Below the pieces are notes generated by a model that did not search any database, had not been told where the DNA came from, and was given only the letters and a program-made list of their open reading frames with translations. A stretch of 56,476 nucleotides of DNA, counting the filler, from Sphacelaria rigidula (taxonomy: Eukaryota), in NCBI GenBank assembly GCA_964200075.2. It is 6 parts of 6 records of this genome, joined end to end, with 100 filler letters (N's around TTAATTAATTAA, not from the genome) between each part and the next. Parts side by side here need not be neighbours in the genome. Positions count along the whole stretch, not along the records: positions 1 to 9,331 come from CAXNAA020008729.1; positions 9,432 to 18,761 come from CAXNAA020008730.1; 4 more parts are not named here. One strand, 5' to 3'. Positions 1 to 12,803 of this stretch are shown here, in pieces (the first letter of the stretch is position 1; the number at the start of each line of letters is the position of its first letter). The position numbers and the translations under genes were made by a program.

Positions 1-760
1 TAGTAGGCACAACTCGCGGTACATCGTAAGTGAGAACGGACTGAAGGAAAGTGAGCTTCTTGGGCGGCCCAGCTCGTATAGTGCTTCATGTAGTCATGGA
101 CGAGAATGTCCGCTGTGCCGGCAGCAGTGAAATTGCCAGCAGTAACAGCATACATAGCCGCGTGACGGCTGAAGTGGTCGGTGAAAAGTAGAATGTAGGT
201 ATTACCACGATCAGTTGGGGGTAAAGGGCCGAAGTAGTCAAACGATACGAAGTGACCAGGAGCGTCTGGAAGCTCCATGGGAATCATCGGCCATCGCACA
301 GTCTCTCGAGAGGATTTGCGAGCCTGACATTTGAAACATCGTCGGATCCAAACACGCATGGATGCTTCCATGCCGATCCACCAATAAACGCGTTCAAGGC
401 TTCCATGCCGATCCACCGATAAAAGCGTTCAAGGAGCGCTAACGTGCGCGTGACGGCTAAGTGGCAGGAACAATCAGAGTGACAGCCCTTCATGACCCAC
501 GGACGCATTATGATAGGGACATAGATGCGGATAGGGGCGTCATGACGAATATGTGCCGAAGTGGCAGCGGTCACTGTGGCAGCCGTGCCCAAATGTGAGT
601 GGAATCGGCGAACGAGCAAATGAATGTCGTCGTCAGTCGTGAAGATAGTACCTTTGCGTGCCAGCTGGAGCACGTCAGAGGCGGTGCGGGCGGGTAGAGT
701 GCCCACAGGAGTCAGGATCTCAGACTGGAAAGGGGTGGGGCAGTTAAGCCGTAAGTACCG
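1..760 (-). pseudogene. Integrase (Zn-binding domain and start of catalytic core)
   Basis: CHSDCSCHLAVTRT...WWIGM...IRRCFKCQARK, followed by FVSFDYFGPLPPTDRGNTYILLFTDHFSR. Confidence 0.9.
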
Positions 761-1468
761 CATTGTCGCACGACAGAGCGGTTCCTGTTCTTGGTCGCGA
801 GCCCAATCGCGGTGAGAATGGCTAGCGAGAAATTCTCGGAGTTGTCCTCCAGCCGGAGAGCCAACCAACCATGGTGACTCAGGAAGGGGTGGCACAGGTG
901 AAGAAGCAGGGGTGCCGACGTCAACATCTTGATCCGGAAGCGGATCTGATGCTTGTGTATCGCGAGTCGGAGGCGCAGGGCTGGGAGATTTCCAGAAGGC
1001 GGCGTGGGGGTAGCGTAAACTGGTGAACCCGATCGGCGCGTTGGGTGCACAAGGGGCGCGGGCGGTGTTGGTACAACACTAGGCACGCGGCCGTGTTTTG
1101 TAGACGTGGTATGGCCCGTGGGGGCACGAGGCGGCGGCGGCGACGCATTGCTAGAAGCAGCCGACGGCGTTGGTGGCATCACAGCACGCGAAGACATTGC
1201 ACGAGCTGCCGACCGAGAGCGCGTGTTGTCGGAGATGAGGTGAGCAGTTGGTGGTGGCGGCGCCGGGATGTTCGCGCGAGGGCCGAAAGTGCGGAAGTCG
1301 ACAAAATCAGTAGCTGTGGGCGCTAAGCCATCCAAAACTGTATCAGGGGGCAGAGGGCGCCCCCCCCATATGCAGACCTGTGTCAGGGCATTGCAGGTCA
1401 AGCGCGTAGATGGGCGTAGATAAACGCCGAATGGGGTAGACGCCTGGTTCATCAGGTCCAGTCAAGCG

Positions 1469-2830
1469 TCAAGCGGGACTGAAATCTACCGCTGTAGGGG
1501 ACAAAGGCAATCGCGAAAGAAGGTCAGCATTGCCATTCGTTTTGCCCGGACGGTGTTTAACAGTGTACTGGTAGGCAGTCAAGAACTCCAGCCACCGTTG
1601 TACGCGGGGGGTATGTTCTCCAACGTTAGCGAGTCGTTCAAGAGCTCCGTGATGTGTGTAGATGTGAAAAGGTACGTGGAACAAGTACTGTCGAAGCCTT
1701 TTAATAGCCCAAGTTATGACTCCGCCTTCGAGTTCAAGTGGACTCCAGTTTGCCTCCTTTGGGAGGGTTGCGCGGCTGATGTACACAATAGGTCGGACAG
1801 AGCCATCCAGTTGAGGCTAATTCAAAACTGCGCCGAACCCATCTGTGCTAGCATCGGTGTGTAGTTGGAAAAGACGTGAGCCGTCTTGTACCGCATCCCA
1901 ATCCGAAAAACAAAGAACCGTTTTTTCGGTCAGTGTTTTGAGCAGTTCGCGGACGGTGGCTTCCATGTCTTTAGTTAAGATAAACGGGACGCTTTTCTTC
2001 AAATAAATCGGTGATGGGCCGGATCCGCTTGGACGAACGGGACAAAAGGTCTCGATGATATGAAAGTCCGCCCAACAGCGAGCGAAGCTGCGAAATATTG
2101 GTGGGCATGGGCATATCAGTCACAGCCTTGACTTTGTTCGTGTCTGGGTGCAACCCAGCAGGAGAAATAGAGTGTTCCAACAACTCCAATTCAGTGGCTC
2201 TAAGTCGAGCTTTGGATGAGGACAATTTTAAGTCGTGTGTACGCAAGCGGGAAAGGAATTCCCGTAGAGTGCGAACATGTGCCTTGGGGGAGGCATCAAA
2301 AGCGAGAGCATCGTCTAGATACATGAGAACATGCTCGAGACCGCCAGTAACGCGTTGCATGAGGCATTGAAAGCAGCCAGGCGCGGTGGCAGCGCCTTGT
2401 GGCATACGAAGCTATTCAAAAAGCCCTGAAGATGTACAGAACGCTGTCAAGGAAACTGTATCGGGGTGAATTGCATTGTGGAAAAATCCAGATACCAGAT
2501 CGAAAGTGCTGAATGTTTTTCTTTCGCCGAGAGAGTCGAAGACTTCGTCGATGCGAGGTATGGGGAGTTTTCCCACGACAGTGACGCGGTTCAGCCGTTT
2601 GTAGTTTACGATGATGCAGATGGTGCAATCTTTTTCGGGGACGACCACGAGGGGTGAGGCCCATGGCAAAGACGAGTGTTGAATCAGACCAGCTCCTAAG
2701 TATGCATCTTAAAAAGCATTGACTTTTTTGGTGAGGAGGGGATTCGTTTGATACGGTCGAGATGAGGTCGGCGAAACGCCACGTTGCAGGTGATCTCGAA
2801 TGGCAATGGTTTACAATGCCCGAGATCCGT
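1469..2830 (-). pseudogene. pol: Reverse transcriptase / RNase H of the gypsy element (frameshifted)
   Basis: PWASPLVVVPEKD, FSTFDLVSGFF, MPQGAATAPGCFQ, YLDD, LHTDAS, ELEGGVITWAI, NGNADLLSRLP across several broken ORFs. Confidence 0.95.
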
Positions 2831-3559
2831 CTTGGATCGGGAAAACTTGTCCTGATATCCCAGGAGAACATCTTGTAGCTCTTGGATGACGGTGGGCTCC
2901 CAGCCCGGACCATGTAGGTCAAAATGGATATCACGCAAATGAGGTGGAAGTTGGTGCCACATTTGCTATAAATGTTCCCGGGACTCGACCGATAAGCGTT
3001 GAAGCACTTTATCAGGAGGTTCAGCAGGAGGTCGGTCGGGTTCCACCGCAGAAATCTGAGTCGGGGATGAGGCAGAGAGATCTAAGTATGGCTCATCGAT
3101 GCAGTGGACAAAACCATCAGTCGGCGGCGTGAGATCAGGCGCCGGAGGGTCGGCTTCACAGGTTTCCAGAGGAATGCGCATAAGAGGAGCCGCGGCGATG
3201 CCCAAGACATCGCCAGGTTCCAAATTAGCATGGCCTGTGGGAGGCAGGAGTTGTTCGCCGTCCGAGACAAATTGCTCAGTGCCAGCGGGCGCACTGACTT
3301 TAGGCAGTAATTCCGCAAGGTAGTGGCCGGTGAGGGTAGGCATACCGTTCCGGCGAAGGAGCAAAACTTCCAAGAGTCGAGGCTCGTCGGAAAGGGTGAC
3401 GCCAGAACTACCCTTGTACCGAAGATGGTAAGCCGCTCCAGTAGCCTGCTCATTCTTTTTGTAGGCTAAGGCACCATTGGAGGTACCACAGTGTTCTAGT
3501 TGGAGTTCTCCACGAGGTGCCGACTGAGGCGATAATGGTGGGAGGGAGCGATACGTACG

Positions 3560-4460
3560 TTGGTCGAACCGCATGTAGCTACCTCTGCCAAGAAGGAGAG
3601 CATGATGCATGGTGCTATCAGGGACGATGTAAGCCAAGTCTGCGAGGCTAGTCGAACGTGTCATTGTGAAAACTTTGTACATTACGACGAACAGATTTTT
3701 GTGTCGTCAAGAGTGTTTTGGAGTCGGACTGCTGCCGAGATAGCCCCACCCGAACCGGCCAAAAGAGTGCACGGAGGCGATGATCATAAATGCCGTTAGA
3801 GCTGGTTTTGCGCTGCACGACCCGGCTCATTTGGGCGTTTGAGCTTATTTCAGACTGCTACACGCCTCTCATGCGGGCGAAATAGCTGCAAACGAGCCCA
3901 ATAGTGGGATCGCAGCCAGTTTGTCGGATGGTCTCCGGTGCACGTCTTATGGGGGAGCTATCTCGGCATTAGACTGATGCCGAGATAGCCCCCGCACAAA
4001 AAGTGCACCGGAGAACGTCCGACAAACCGGCTGCTATCCCACTATTGGGCTCGTTCGCAGCAATATCGCTCACATGAGAGGCGTGTAGCAGTCCGAAATC
4101 AGCTATAACTCCCAAATGAGTCGCGTCCTGCAGCACGATACCAGCTCTAACGGCATTGATGATCATCGCATCCGTACACTTTTTTGGCCGGTTCGTGGGG
4201 GGGCTATCTCGGCAGCAGTCATTAGTCGTCGCCGAAACCGCCCCAAACGCGAGGTTGGGTGATGATTTCGCAGACATCGGGAGCAGCGCTCGTCTGCTTC
4301 ATATGATTCCATATGAATGCGTTGACGAATGTCTGTGGACTATCGCTGTCTAACAACGAGACGCACTTGGCGTGCGCGGTGGCGTAAGGGCCGCAGTGTA
4401 ATGCTACGCGTGTAGTGAAGGTGGCAGGATCAACGGACACCTTACCACCAACAAGATCAG
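3560..4460 (-). pseudogene. Aspartic protease of the gypsy element, interrupted by a MITE pair
   Basis: CVSLLDSDSPQTF...WGGFGD | insertion 3727-4220 | SKTLLTT...AYIVPD...LLLGRGS. Confidence 0.8.
3727..4220. mobile_element. Two ~245-bp MITE copies in inverted orientation forming a ~494-bp foldback
   Basis: TIR GACTGCTGCCGAGATAGCCCC at 3727, its complement ending at 4220, and internal TIRs at ~3952-3969 and 3972-3992. The two copies are diverged reverse complements of each other. Confidence 0.85.
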
Positions 4461-5180
4461 GGCCATGTTCAGATAACGTGAATTGGTCAGGATTAGTTGG
4501 ACTGACCGTGAAAACAGATGGCGGGTGATCCGCGGGGGGTTTGAAGTTATCGGTAGACAGCGCGGGGGTCTGATCCGATCGTGAAGGGCAGCGTGAATCA
4601 AGATTTTGATCCATCTCGTAGATGACTGGCTTGGAAGTACAAGGTTCAGCTAATAGAGATCGCTGCGAAGTGCGACAGGGGTCATCAGTGGAGGATGTGG
4701 TACCGTCTGAAAGGTCCGATTTGGATTCCTCTTGGATGCCTGGCAATGTCATCGAGCTCAAAGTCGTCGCTTTTTGGGGAGAATGAGGTCGGAATTTTCC
4801 TCTGATGGGAGGGGGGGTGTCAATGCTCGCGCTTTCTTGGGGGCATGACGACGAGGCTTCCTCTCGTGCCATGACTAACGACTGGGGACAGGTGAAGGCA
4901 GTCTGCTACAACCGGTGCGTGCGGTCTTCCCACACCTCAGATTTATACTTAGGTCCGGAGGACCAATTCTGGAGCCAAGCATAGAGCTGGGTGGTGAGTC
5001 AACACAACGGTTACACTGCGTATATGAAGATAAAGACGGGGGTCGAGAAGAGCGGCCGTCATTAGACCTCCGACATAGTAATGGGTGAGAACGTTTTGTC
5101 ACCCGAGCAGTGGTGTGTGTTGGATCAGTCTTCGATTCTGCTATCGGCGGCGCCGAAGACTTCACGCCGTCGTCGGCGTG

Positions 5181-7172
5181 TTATGGGTCGTTGCGATCCG
5201 TCATGAAAGAGCCAGGGTTTCTGGCATTGGGATTTGAGTTGTTGTTAGTCGGCCCTGTTCGCTGGTGATGTCCATGCGAAGACAGAGAAGGGCGGAAAGA
5301 ACTATCTCTATGGCGAGTACCTGAGACGGTGTTGGTGGTGTGGCGGCGGTCGCGATTTGAGCGAGAGTCGCTATGATTGTGTGAAGGCTGGCGATGGTGC
5401 CGAGAAGATGGACAATACTCGCGCATGCGTTTTTGCCATCGGCGCCACGCCGGCCCGTTGCTCTGAAGTTCAGGGTTCATGAGCAAAAACGTATTGATGC
5501 AAGGTTCAGGGCAATCACGCATACTGTGACCAGTACCATTGCAATTAATGCATGTGTTAGCATGGCGACAAAAAACATCCCTGCGAGCCGAAGGCAAAAG
5601 CAAGGGGGTCCACAAATGTGGGTCGTCGGTGATGAAAGCAGTCGTGGAAACGACATAAACGTCATCAAAAGTGTCTGCCGGAAAAGGCCAATCATCAAAG
5701 CTTGCACAGAACGGGTCTCTTTTGTTACGAACAGACATGATCGATCCACCGACAGAGTTTGGTGTCCAAGTATTACTGGACAGAATGTGAGTGCGTCCAC
5801 GAGGCCCGCAGGTACTCGTTGATGCGGCACGCAACGTCTGCGAAGACCCAAAAGAACACTGTGCGCCACGAATGGCAGGCGTCAAATTATGTTCCTGATC
5901 TACAAACACATTCGACATCGCGTCTACGGAGTCGTAAGGCGCCTCTTTGTGCGTCAAAGCGCCCGGAAACAAAGGCGGCATCAGCGTCAGTAATTGCTGA
6001 GCGATACTATTGCGCACGTATGTTTGACACATAGCATCACTAGGGCCATTCTGTCGCCTGGTACCAGTCACACTCGACACCAAAAGCTTGAATTCGCGGA
6101 GGTAGTCGGCAAAGGGCACCTCTGTTGCCACGGCGAAGGAACTGAGGCGCTTGATGGCGCCTGCCTGATCAGACTTATCAAAATAGCTTATGAGACGTCT
6201 TTCCAAATTGATGAATAATAACGGCGCTGGTTATCCGCTGGCACAATCTTGATCCATGGCGGCGAGGAAGGAGTCGAAAATCTGCGTCAAAGAGACAACA
6301 ACGTCAGGCGAGCGACGGCTGATTGAGCAGCGCAAAGCCTGATGCAGCGGTGTCTGCCATCCATCAACCCAGTCAGAGTCTTCGAAACGTTGTTGACCAG
6401 TTGCATCGGCCAATTCAAGGATGTTGCGCATCGTTTGACGCATTGAGGAAATGAGAGCTGACGTAAACTGACCAGAGTCTTCATTGTCTGCAGCAGGCAT
6501 GGTTTTGATATGCCAGAGTTTCTTTACATCCATCTGTAAGTACTCCCGTCCTATGGCAGCGACACGAGACGCTTCTCTACGAGTATTGGAAGCCATTTTA
6601 TCCGCGGCAGGTTTGTGTTTGGCTGCGGCGGCGGCAGCTAGTGACCGAGCCGAGTTGGAAGACAATGGGCGAGCCGAATTGTCACTAACACTATCCGCGA
6701 GACCTAAAAGGCGAGCAGACACAGCTGCTAAAGGAGGTGTTACTTGACTGACAGCCGGCGAGGGCCGCATGAATTGCGTCGAAGCGTACTGCCGCGGTCT
6801 GGTCGTAGACGAGCCGGATTACTGGTGGCTAGAACGTTCATGGGTGCCCCGGGTCGACCGTCGAGCGTTGTTGTTGGTGCGGTGGGTTCCCTGTCCACGG
6901 CATGGTGCGGCCCCGGTAGAGTCGTCGTCAGAGTCGTCATCACCAAGGTGGTGGCGAGAGGGGTGCGGCGTGGTCCAAGCCCCGTCATCGCCGGGCGGCA
7001 GTGTGTTGCGAGCTACCCGCAAGGCGGCAAAGAGGGCGGCGACGGCGGTCTCATGAGCAAGAAGACCGTCCCCGGCACCAATAGTCGAGTAGAGCACGAT
7101 TCGTTCGATGGTAAGAGCTCCTGGGTCGTTTCGCGGCAGCTGTCCGCCTTGTTGAGGGAAGGGGACAATCAC
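5181..7172 (-). pseudogene. gag: gag-like region of the gypsy element (fragmented)
   Basis: ORFs 6231-6770 and 5181-6206; CCHC knuckle C-x2-C-x4-H-x4-C (CINCNGTGHSMRDC). Confidence 0.85.
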
Positions 7173-7199
7173 ACTATGAACTGGTAGAGTGAGCGAGCG

Positions 7200-7935
7200 C
7201 CAAGCCTGCTCAGAGGCGCAAAGAACGTAAGTAGGGGGAAAAATACAGGTGGACCAAAAGCGAGGGGCAGCAAACGTGGGCTACAGAAAAACACAGCAAG
7301 ACAAGGCAATGAGGCTATTGGAAGACGCGTGGGCTACTGAAAAACCAAGCAAGACACGGCCAATTAGTCGATCGCCAGAGTAATGAAGATAGGTATGGAC
7401 AGAACTCCACACACCTTCGTTGATAGATCAATGCATTGCAAGCTTGTAAGATGCACAAGATGCAATGTGTCCGAGTAAAACAAGCTGTAAATACACACGT
7501 GCAGATTCACGTGACTGTTGGTCACAGTAGCAAACAAACAAAGGGAGCTCAAAGGCTTGATATATTTTACCTCTCACTGATGATTCCCTTGATCGTCCAG
7601 CACACTGTTCTCACTAAAGGTAAGCAGTAAGAGCAGATGGTCCGGCTCGAAGGGTAACTCAAGAGTGGGCCAATGTGCATGAGGCACGGTAGCGAACTCG
7701 GCCCGGGAAGGCGTTTCGCCTCCCCGGGACTAGGGCACACTAATCTGTACACTGCTCTTCCGCATCTAGGGTACACCAGTCTGTACACCAATCTTCCCCC
7801 AACATAATTTGTACATCGACCGTCCCTAGAGCTATGGGAGCATTCCCGTGGACAGTTCGAGTGATCTGTGAGCCAACCTGCCCAAAATTGTATGTGGGAA
7901 CAAATGACGCCTCTCTATCTTCCTTCCTCATGACA
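7200..7935 (-). repeat. Probable 5' LTR/leader of the gypsy element
   Basis: Non-coding region upstream of gag. It begins TGTCATGAGG on the minus strand at 7935, a typical LTR start. The second LTR is outside the window and no PBS was identified, so the inner boundary is uncertain. Confidence 0.4.
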
Positions 7936-8857
7936 CATCCCCAATTTGTAAGATCCCGTGTTGTATGCGTTGGGTTGGGGTTAGAGTCAGGGGTCGCGAT
8001 ACTTGTACAATTGTGTCGACCATTCGATAACGTAGCCCATCAACAGTTAACCCCTAGACCGTAGTACGGGTAGTCCGTCTGGATCACACATAATGTTTTC
8101 AAGTGAAAATTGATGCGGATTCGGCCGGTGACCTACCCTTGCGATCTAAGAGTCAGCTAGCCTCTTATTATTCGACACCTCAACGGGTCGTGCAACAATT
8201 TAAAAGGTGCAAGTGACCGGCTTTCGGGTAAATTGTTGACTCTCAATCCGATCTATTACTGTCAATCTCACGAAACAATCGTCAATGGCAACATGCTTTG
8301 TCCCTTGCAATATATATCAATATGTGTTTCATCATCCATCGTGTTCGAATATATATATATCGATAGGTTTTGCCCCGTGTCTATTGCTGAAGCAAAAGAA
8401 TATCATTGTGACCATTGTGCAGAGTGTGAAGAAACGGCTGGAACCCCCCCCCCCCCTATCCCAGAATGACTCACGAATGGAAAGACGCTGTTACCACGGT
8501 GCTGTTCAAGAAGAAGGGCTCACAAATGTAGCAACTACTGCTGCATCTTTCTCGTCGACATATTTTCGAGCACACACTGCTTCAAAAAAGCACCGACCAC
8601 TTGATCAATAATCAGAACGCAGGTCGTACAGCACCAGTTGTCGAGGTGAAAGTCGATCAAACAAAGGTATGTAGATATCGTTATGATCACGTTGAATACC
8701 ACTGGCACAGATGAGAGAAAACACACACCGGTCACAGAGGGGCGCGAGGTGCGCGAGCGCACCTCCGACACTTTCCACGATAGCCCCCCCCCCTCGAAAA
8801 AGTGCCTGGTTTGGGCAGGCAGAATCATCACGTATATCAAAATGGAAAAAGCTCAGC

Positions 8858-9020
8858 AGAACGAGCAGCTGAAAATTCCCACGCTTGGGTTCGTTCTCGC
8901 CCATATTGTTCATATGAGGCGCTTCATGCAGCGTGAACCCATACATCAGGCGCTGAATGACCATTTTTTCCGTCACATTTTTTGGGCTGCTTTTGGGGAG
9001 GAGTTTCGTAAAAAGTGTCC
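8858..9020 (+). repeat. Dispersed repeat (second copy at ~23507-23680)
   Basis: Both copies share AACGAGCAGCTG..AATTCCCACGCTTGGGTTCGTT...CATCAGGCGCTG...TCGTAAAAAGTGTC. Confidence 0.8.
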
Positions 9021-9331
9021 TGCATCAGCTCCATGGAAGCTATGACAAATGTTCCTTATTTCATCCAATCGAGAACGCACAGCACACCGTTAGACAACTC
9101 TCCTTACTTTCTACCTGGCTGAAGCGTGAAGTACAACAGAAGAGAAGTCTGCGTTCCCTCTTAGTTTGGGAACGAAAAGGAGAAGACACCAGGAAAACCG
9201 TTCCGACCATCAATCTGAACAGTGCCGTTTCGCATCAGCTTACATGCTGCATTATCTACCAACAACAGCCGATCCTAATTTTTGGGGTTGAAACATAATA
9301 TGAGGTTGAAGTCCCATCCCTCCATTGCAGG

Positions 9332-9431
9332 NNNNNNNNNNNNNNNNNNNNNNNNNNNNNNNNNNNNNNNNNNNNTTAATTAATTAANNNNNNNNNNNNN
9401 NNNNNNNNNNNNNNNNNNNNNNNNNNNNNNN
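9332..9431. other. Scaffold gap with TTAATTAATTAA linker (also at 18762, 28192, 37621, 47049)
   Basis: Identical 100-bp N/linker/N pattern seen five times. Confidence 0.95.
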
Positions 9432-10488
9432 GCCGGACCAGGCTGGGGGGGGGGGGGAGGGCGTTAACGGCTCGCGGCTTCGCCGCGAGCCGCCGATGTT
9501 TTTCCAGTAAGTCGGCGAAGCTGAATCACTGGGAAAACATCGATGTACTGGGCGCCGGCGCGGCCAGTAAAGTCAACTGACCAGAGCAGCCAGTTCACAG
9601 CCCTAGCCATTCAACCATGATGTGCGTGTACCAGTAAATGTTTGTATAAGAGAATTTCGGGGAGGGAAGGAAGGGAAGCCAGGGGATAAGACTGAGGGTC
9701 GAGGTCAACTTAGCCGTAACCTACGTTTGACACCTCATGTAAAACAAACGCAAACACGCCAGGTGATATATGCGGAGAGATCAAACACGGCGTAGCTGCA
9801 CCCATGGCATTAACGGGTGCATGTGCCTCTAGTGGAAAATACCCCGGGCACACAATCCACAAAAAAAAAAACATGTTCATTTGCTGCTCTCATGTGCCTT
9901 CTTCCCATATGTTTTCCATGCCAAAATCGACGCACACACGACTGCCCCGCTGGCTAAGCGGACCTACGGGAGCACGTCGACCAAGGTCGTTCCTGTTTCA
10001 CGCGAAGATTACAGACCAATTCGTGAACCTGAGCAACAACGTACTCCTGACGGCACCGTCACTTGAACAGGTCAAAGGATTCACGCCTTCACGTGCACCG
10101 GTCAAAACCTGAGCTGCAGGCACTTTTCCTACATGATACCGCCGGAGGTTTGAGAGCTGCTCCGCCACAACTCTGCCGCGGGGTTCGGCACATCACGTGT
10201 ATCGCATGGTGCTCGTGGGAAATGGCGTGGTGATCTACACTGTCGTATCGGCCAAGATACATCAAGCTCGCAGCGATGAGGCTTTGCTATACAACATCTT
10301 CCCGGCCACCACATCGTCTGTAAATGATCAATTGTTTTATGAAAATGCACACAGAGACGGGCGGCACAGGCGCGCCCCGCCACACTCGAATACATTTGGG
10401 AAAACATAAGTTTTGGTAGGTAGATAGACTTACTACGTTGAAAGCGGGGTGGTCACCTTGTAAGGCATGTTCAAACCACGTGCTTACA

Positions 10489-10982
10489 GGACCGCCTCGG
10501 AGTTGAACCCCCGGAACCGACGTGTCGGGAGGACCGCTCGGACCTTGTAAGAGAGGGAACGCGCCCCGAGCACACCAGAGCCTCGCAGCTATGGAGCCAG
10601 GAATTGCGAAGGCAGGCGAGATGACTGGGGCGACACAACGACTGCGCTATGTGCGCCGAGAAGGAGGAGAGCAAAGATTTCAGGACTATAAAATGCAGAC
10701 ACCAGTAAGTCGTCCAGGAGTCGTCCTCACAGGTGCATTGTGTGGAAGAGGGCTGACATCAGTGTCTTTCAGGAAGTGTCGACGTCTACGACGTCATGAC
10801 CGCACCGATGAACTGATGATCGGTACTTACAGGTACCAGCTGCAAGAATGATTCGCAGAGGGATTAATGGTGTCTAATTTATGAGATATTGAAATGTTCC
10901 CTCTCCTTTACGGGCCACTCGCCGTCGTGTCGCTGTCCTCCCGACACGTCGGTCCCGGGGTGTTGAAACCCCGAAGCGGTAC
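10489..10982. repeat. ~50-bp inverted repeats about 400 bp apart (MITE-like)
   Basis: CCCCGGAACCGACGTGTCGGGAGGAC (~10509-10534) versus GTCCTCCCGACACGTCGGTCCCGGGG (~10935-10960). Confidence 0.6.
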
Positions 10983-11459
10983 TAAAAGCTCACGATCCAA
11001 ACGCGCATTACGACCTCACATGACTGCACCGGCCCAGTCGGAGCCGTCACAATTGGGGAGGGCTCACTCACTGAGCCCAATGGTCATATTTTGAGGTACC
11101 GCTGTAGTCTCAGTCCGAGTCCCGTACACCACACCGTGGTCACTTTTTAGCCGCCGCATACAAATACCTCGACGCCCGAGTACGTGAGAAAGATAGAACT
11201 GTTGTCAGGATGAACTTGGGATGTTGGAATCGCGGCGGCGAGCTTGTTCACCTGTGCAGCCCCTGCTGCCCGAAGAACAACTCGTGGCTATTAGAGGCGA
11301 CGCGGGGGCACGGAGCGCAGCACGGGCTTTGTAGTTGCTGTCATGAACTTTTATACTGTGATGTACAACATAGTGCAGAGAGCTTGGATATCGCGCGGTG
11401 TGAATACCTGCGTGTCATACACCTGACCCCGAGTAGCGGCTGTGATTTCTCATCACGGT

Positions 11460-11960
11460 TCTGGGTCACCCCCTTGATTTTCACGCCACCACGCTAAACC
11501 CTGAGGCGATGTTATGGCTTCACGGTGATTACTCTTTGATTTCATTGGTGTGCCCTTGCTCTGATTTTGTTGCCCGTCAAGTCTTCATGAGTTGATTGTC
11601 TGTTGCCATTTCGTTTAGCGTCAGAGGGAATGACGCGCAGCTCGCCACTGCAGTGATGTACCCCACTAGGCGAGTGAGTGACTTTTTGAAGGTGTGGTTG
11701 CTCGGGTATCTTCCATCTTTCCATCGTGGGTCTGGATAGATGGGCTACTGATGCGATGATCGAAAACGTCATTCACACATCACTGCTGTACGACCGCCGG
11801 TGCCCCGTTGCTGTACCTACAAGTAGGGCTTGCGAGCAGCCTTGTGCTTAAGCCCACGATCGTGCTCATAGCCTGACGTAGAGATGCTGACTTCACTGAT
11901 CGCAGCGTCAACTTCACCTTGGCTTTGGAAAGTCATGGTAAGGGCATCATCACTTCAGTG
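11460..11960 (-). pseudogene. Possible decayed D5-like (SF3) helicase fragment of viral or Polinton-like origin
   Basis: Across frames, in colinear order: SDDALTMTF, QQRGTGGRTAVM (Walker A-like), LNEMATDNQLMK / DLTGNKIRAR, KIKG. Many stops and frameshifts; judged by eye only. Confidence 0.4.
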
Positions 11961-12803
11961 CCTTTTTTTCCCTTTCCTTTTCGTCTCATTCGCCGAGGTT
12001 ACTGCCGCGGATGTGGTTGCGTATTTACCCACGGGGCATCTATCATAGCCACGCGTGCAGCTGGTGCGATCGCCGCTGCTACTGCTCTGCTTTACTGAGA
12101 TCACGACATACTGCTGATCGCGGCGTGTGCACGAATACCCGTGACACGGCACATGCATCGCAACAGACCATTTCATACAGGCGTTGTATCTCTACCGAAT
12201 ACGACTATTCCAAACCCTCACCCCTCCCCAAAGCCCGCCTGTTTAGTTTCCCACTGCTAGTCCCAGCGTTCGAAGGGGTACTAACGCCCACAATCACGTA
12301 TGCACCATGGATGTTTGATCGACATCGTCAAGATGCATGTACTGTGGGCATCATGGCCCTGCTACAGCAAGTAGTAACTTTCTGTCGCTCATTTCAGATG
12401 ACCCATGTAACCATGTGCTTCAAGTTCAGAACCGCCACTAAAAACAGATCGAGCCCTCACCACCTTTTCACTTGATTTCACAGCAGGTGACTGAGGCTCA
12501 GACTGCCGGGATCGAAATGCCTCATTATGATCTCAAAACACTGGTCTCTCCAATTTCACAGAGCTCCGTGCACTCTGATGGCCACACGGGTGTTAACGCA
12601 GGAGCCCAGCGCCACCTCACCTCTGTCTAGCACTGGAACAGCGCGATCCAAGCTAGACTTCCGAGACAAGTCTCACACATATGCAGCATCTTCAGTTTAC
12701 TACACAGCAGCGTGGCTACAATATAGTATGTACGTGGCCTTCCACTCACCTACCGAGAGTGCACAGAGTATAATACCATCACGGGGATAAAATACACTCC
12801 CAA

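Larger units (their letters stand above)
1..7172 (-). mobile_element. Degenerate Ty3/gypsy LTR retrotransposon internal region (gag-PR-RT-RNaseH-INT); runs off the window start
   Basis: Minus-strand domains are in gypsy order: gag zinc knuckle CINCNGTGHSMRDC, protease LLDSDSPQTF...LLLGRGS, RT PWASPLVVV/FDLVSGF/MPQG/YLDD, RNase H HTDASTDGFG/WSPLELE/NADLLSR, integrase HHCC plus DYFGPLP...TDHFSR. Many stops and frameshifts. Confidence 0.95.

Noticed and set aside
9376..9387. TTAATTAATTAA as a biological motif
   Set aside because: It is embedded identically in N-runs and is an assembly linker with stops in all frames.
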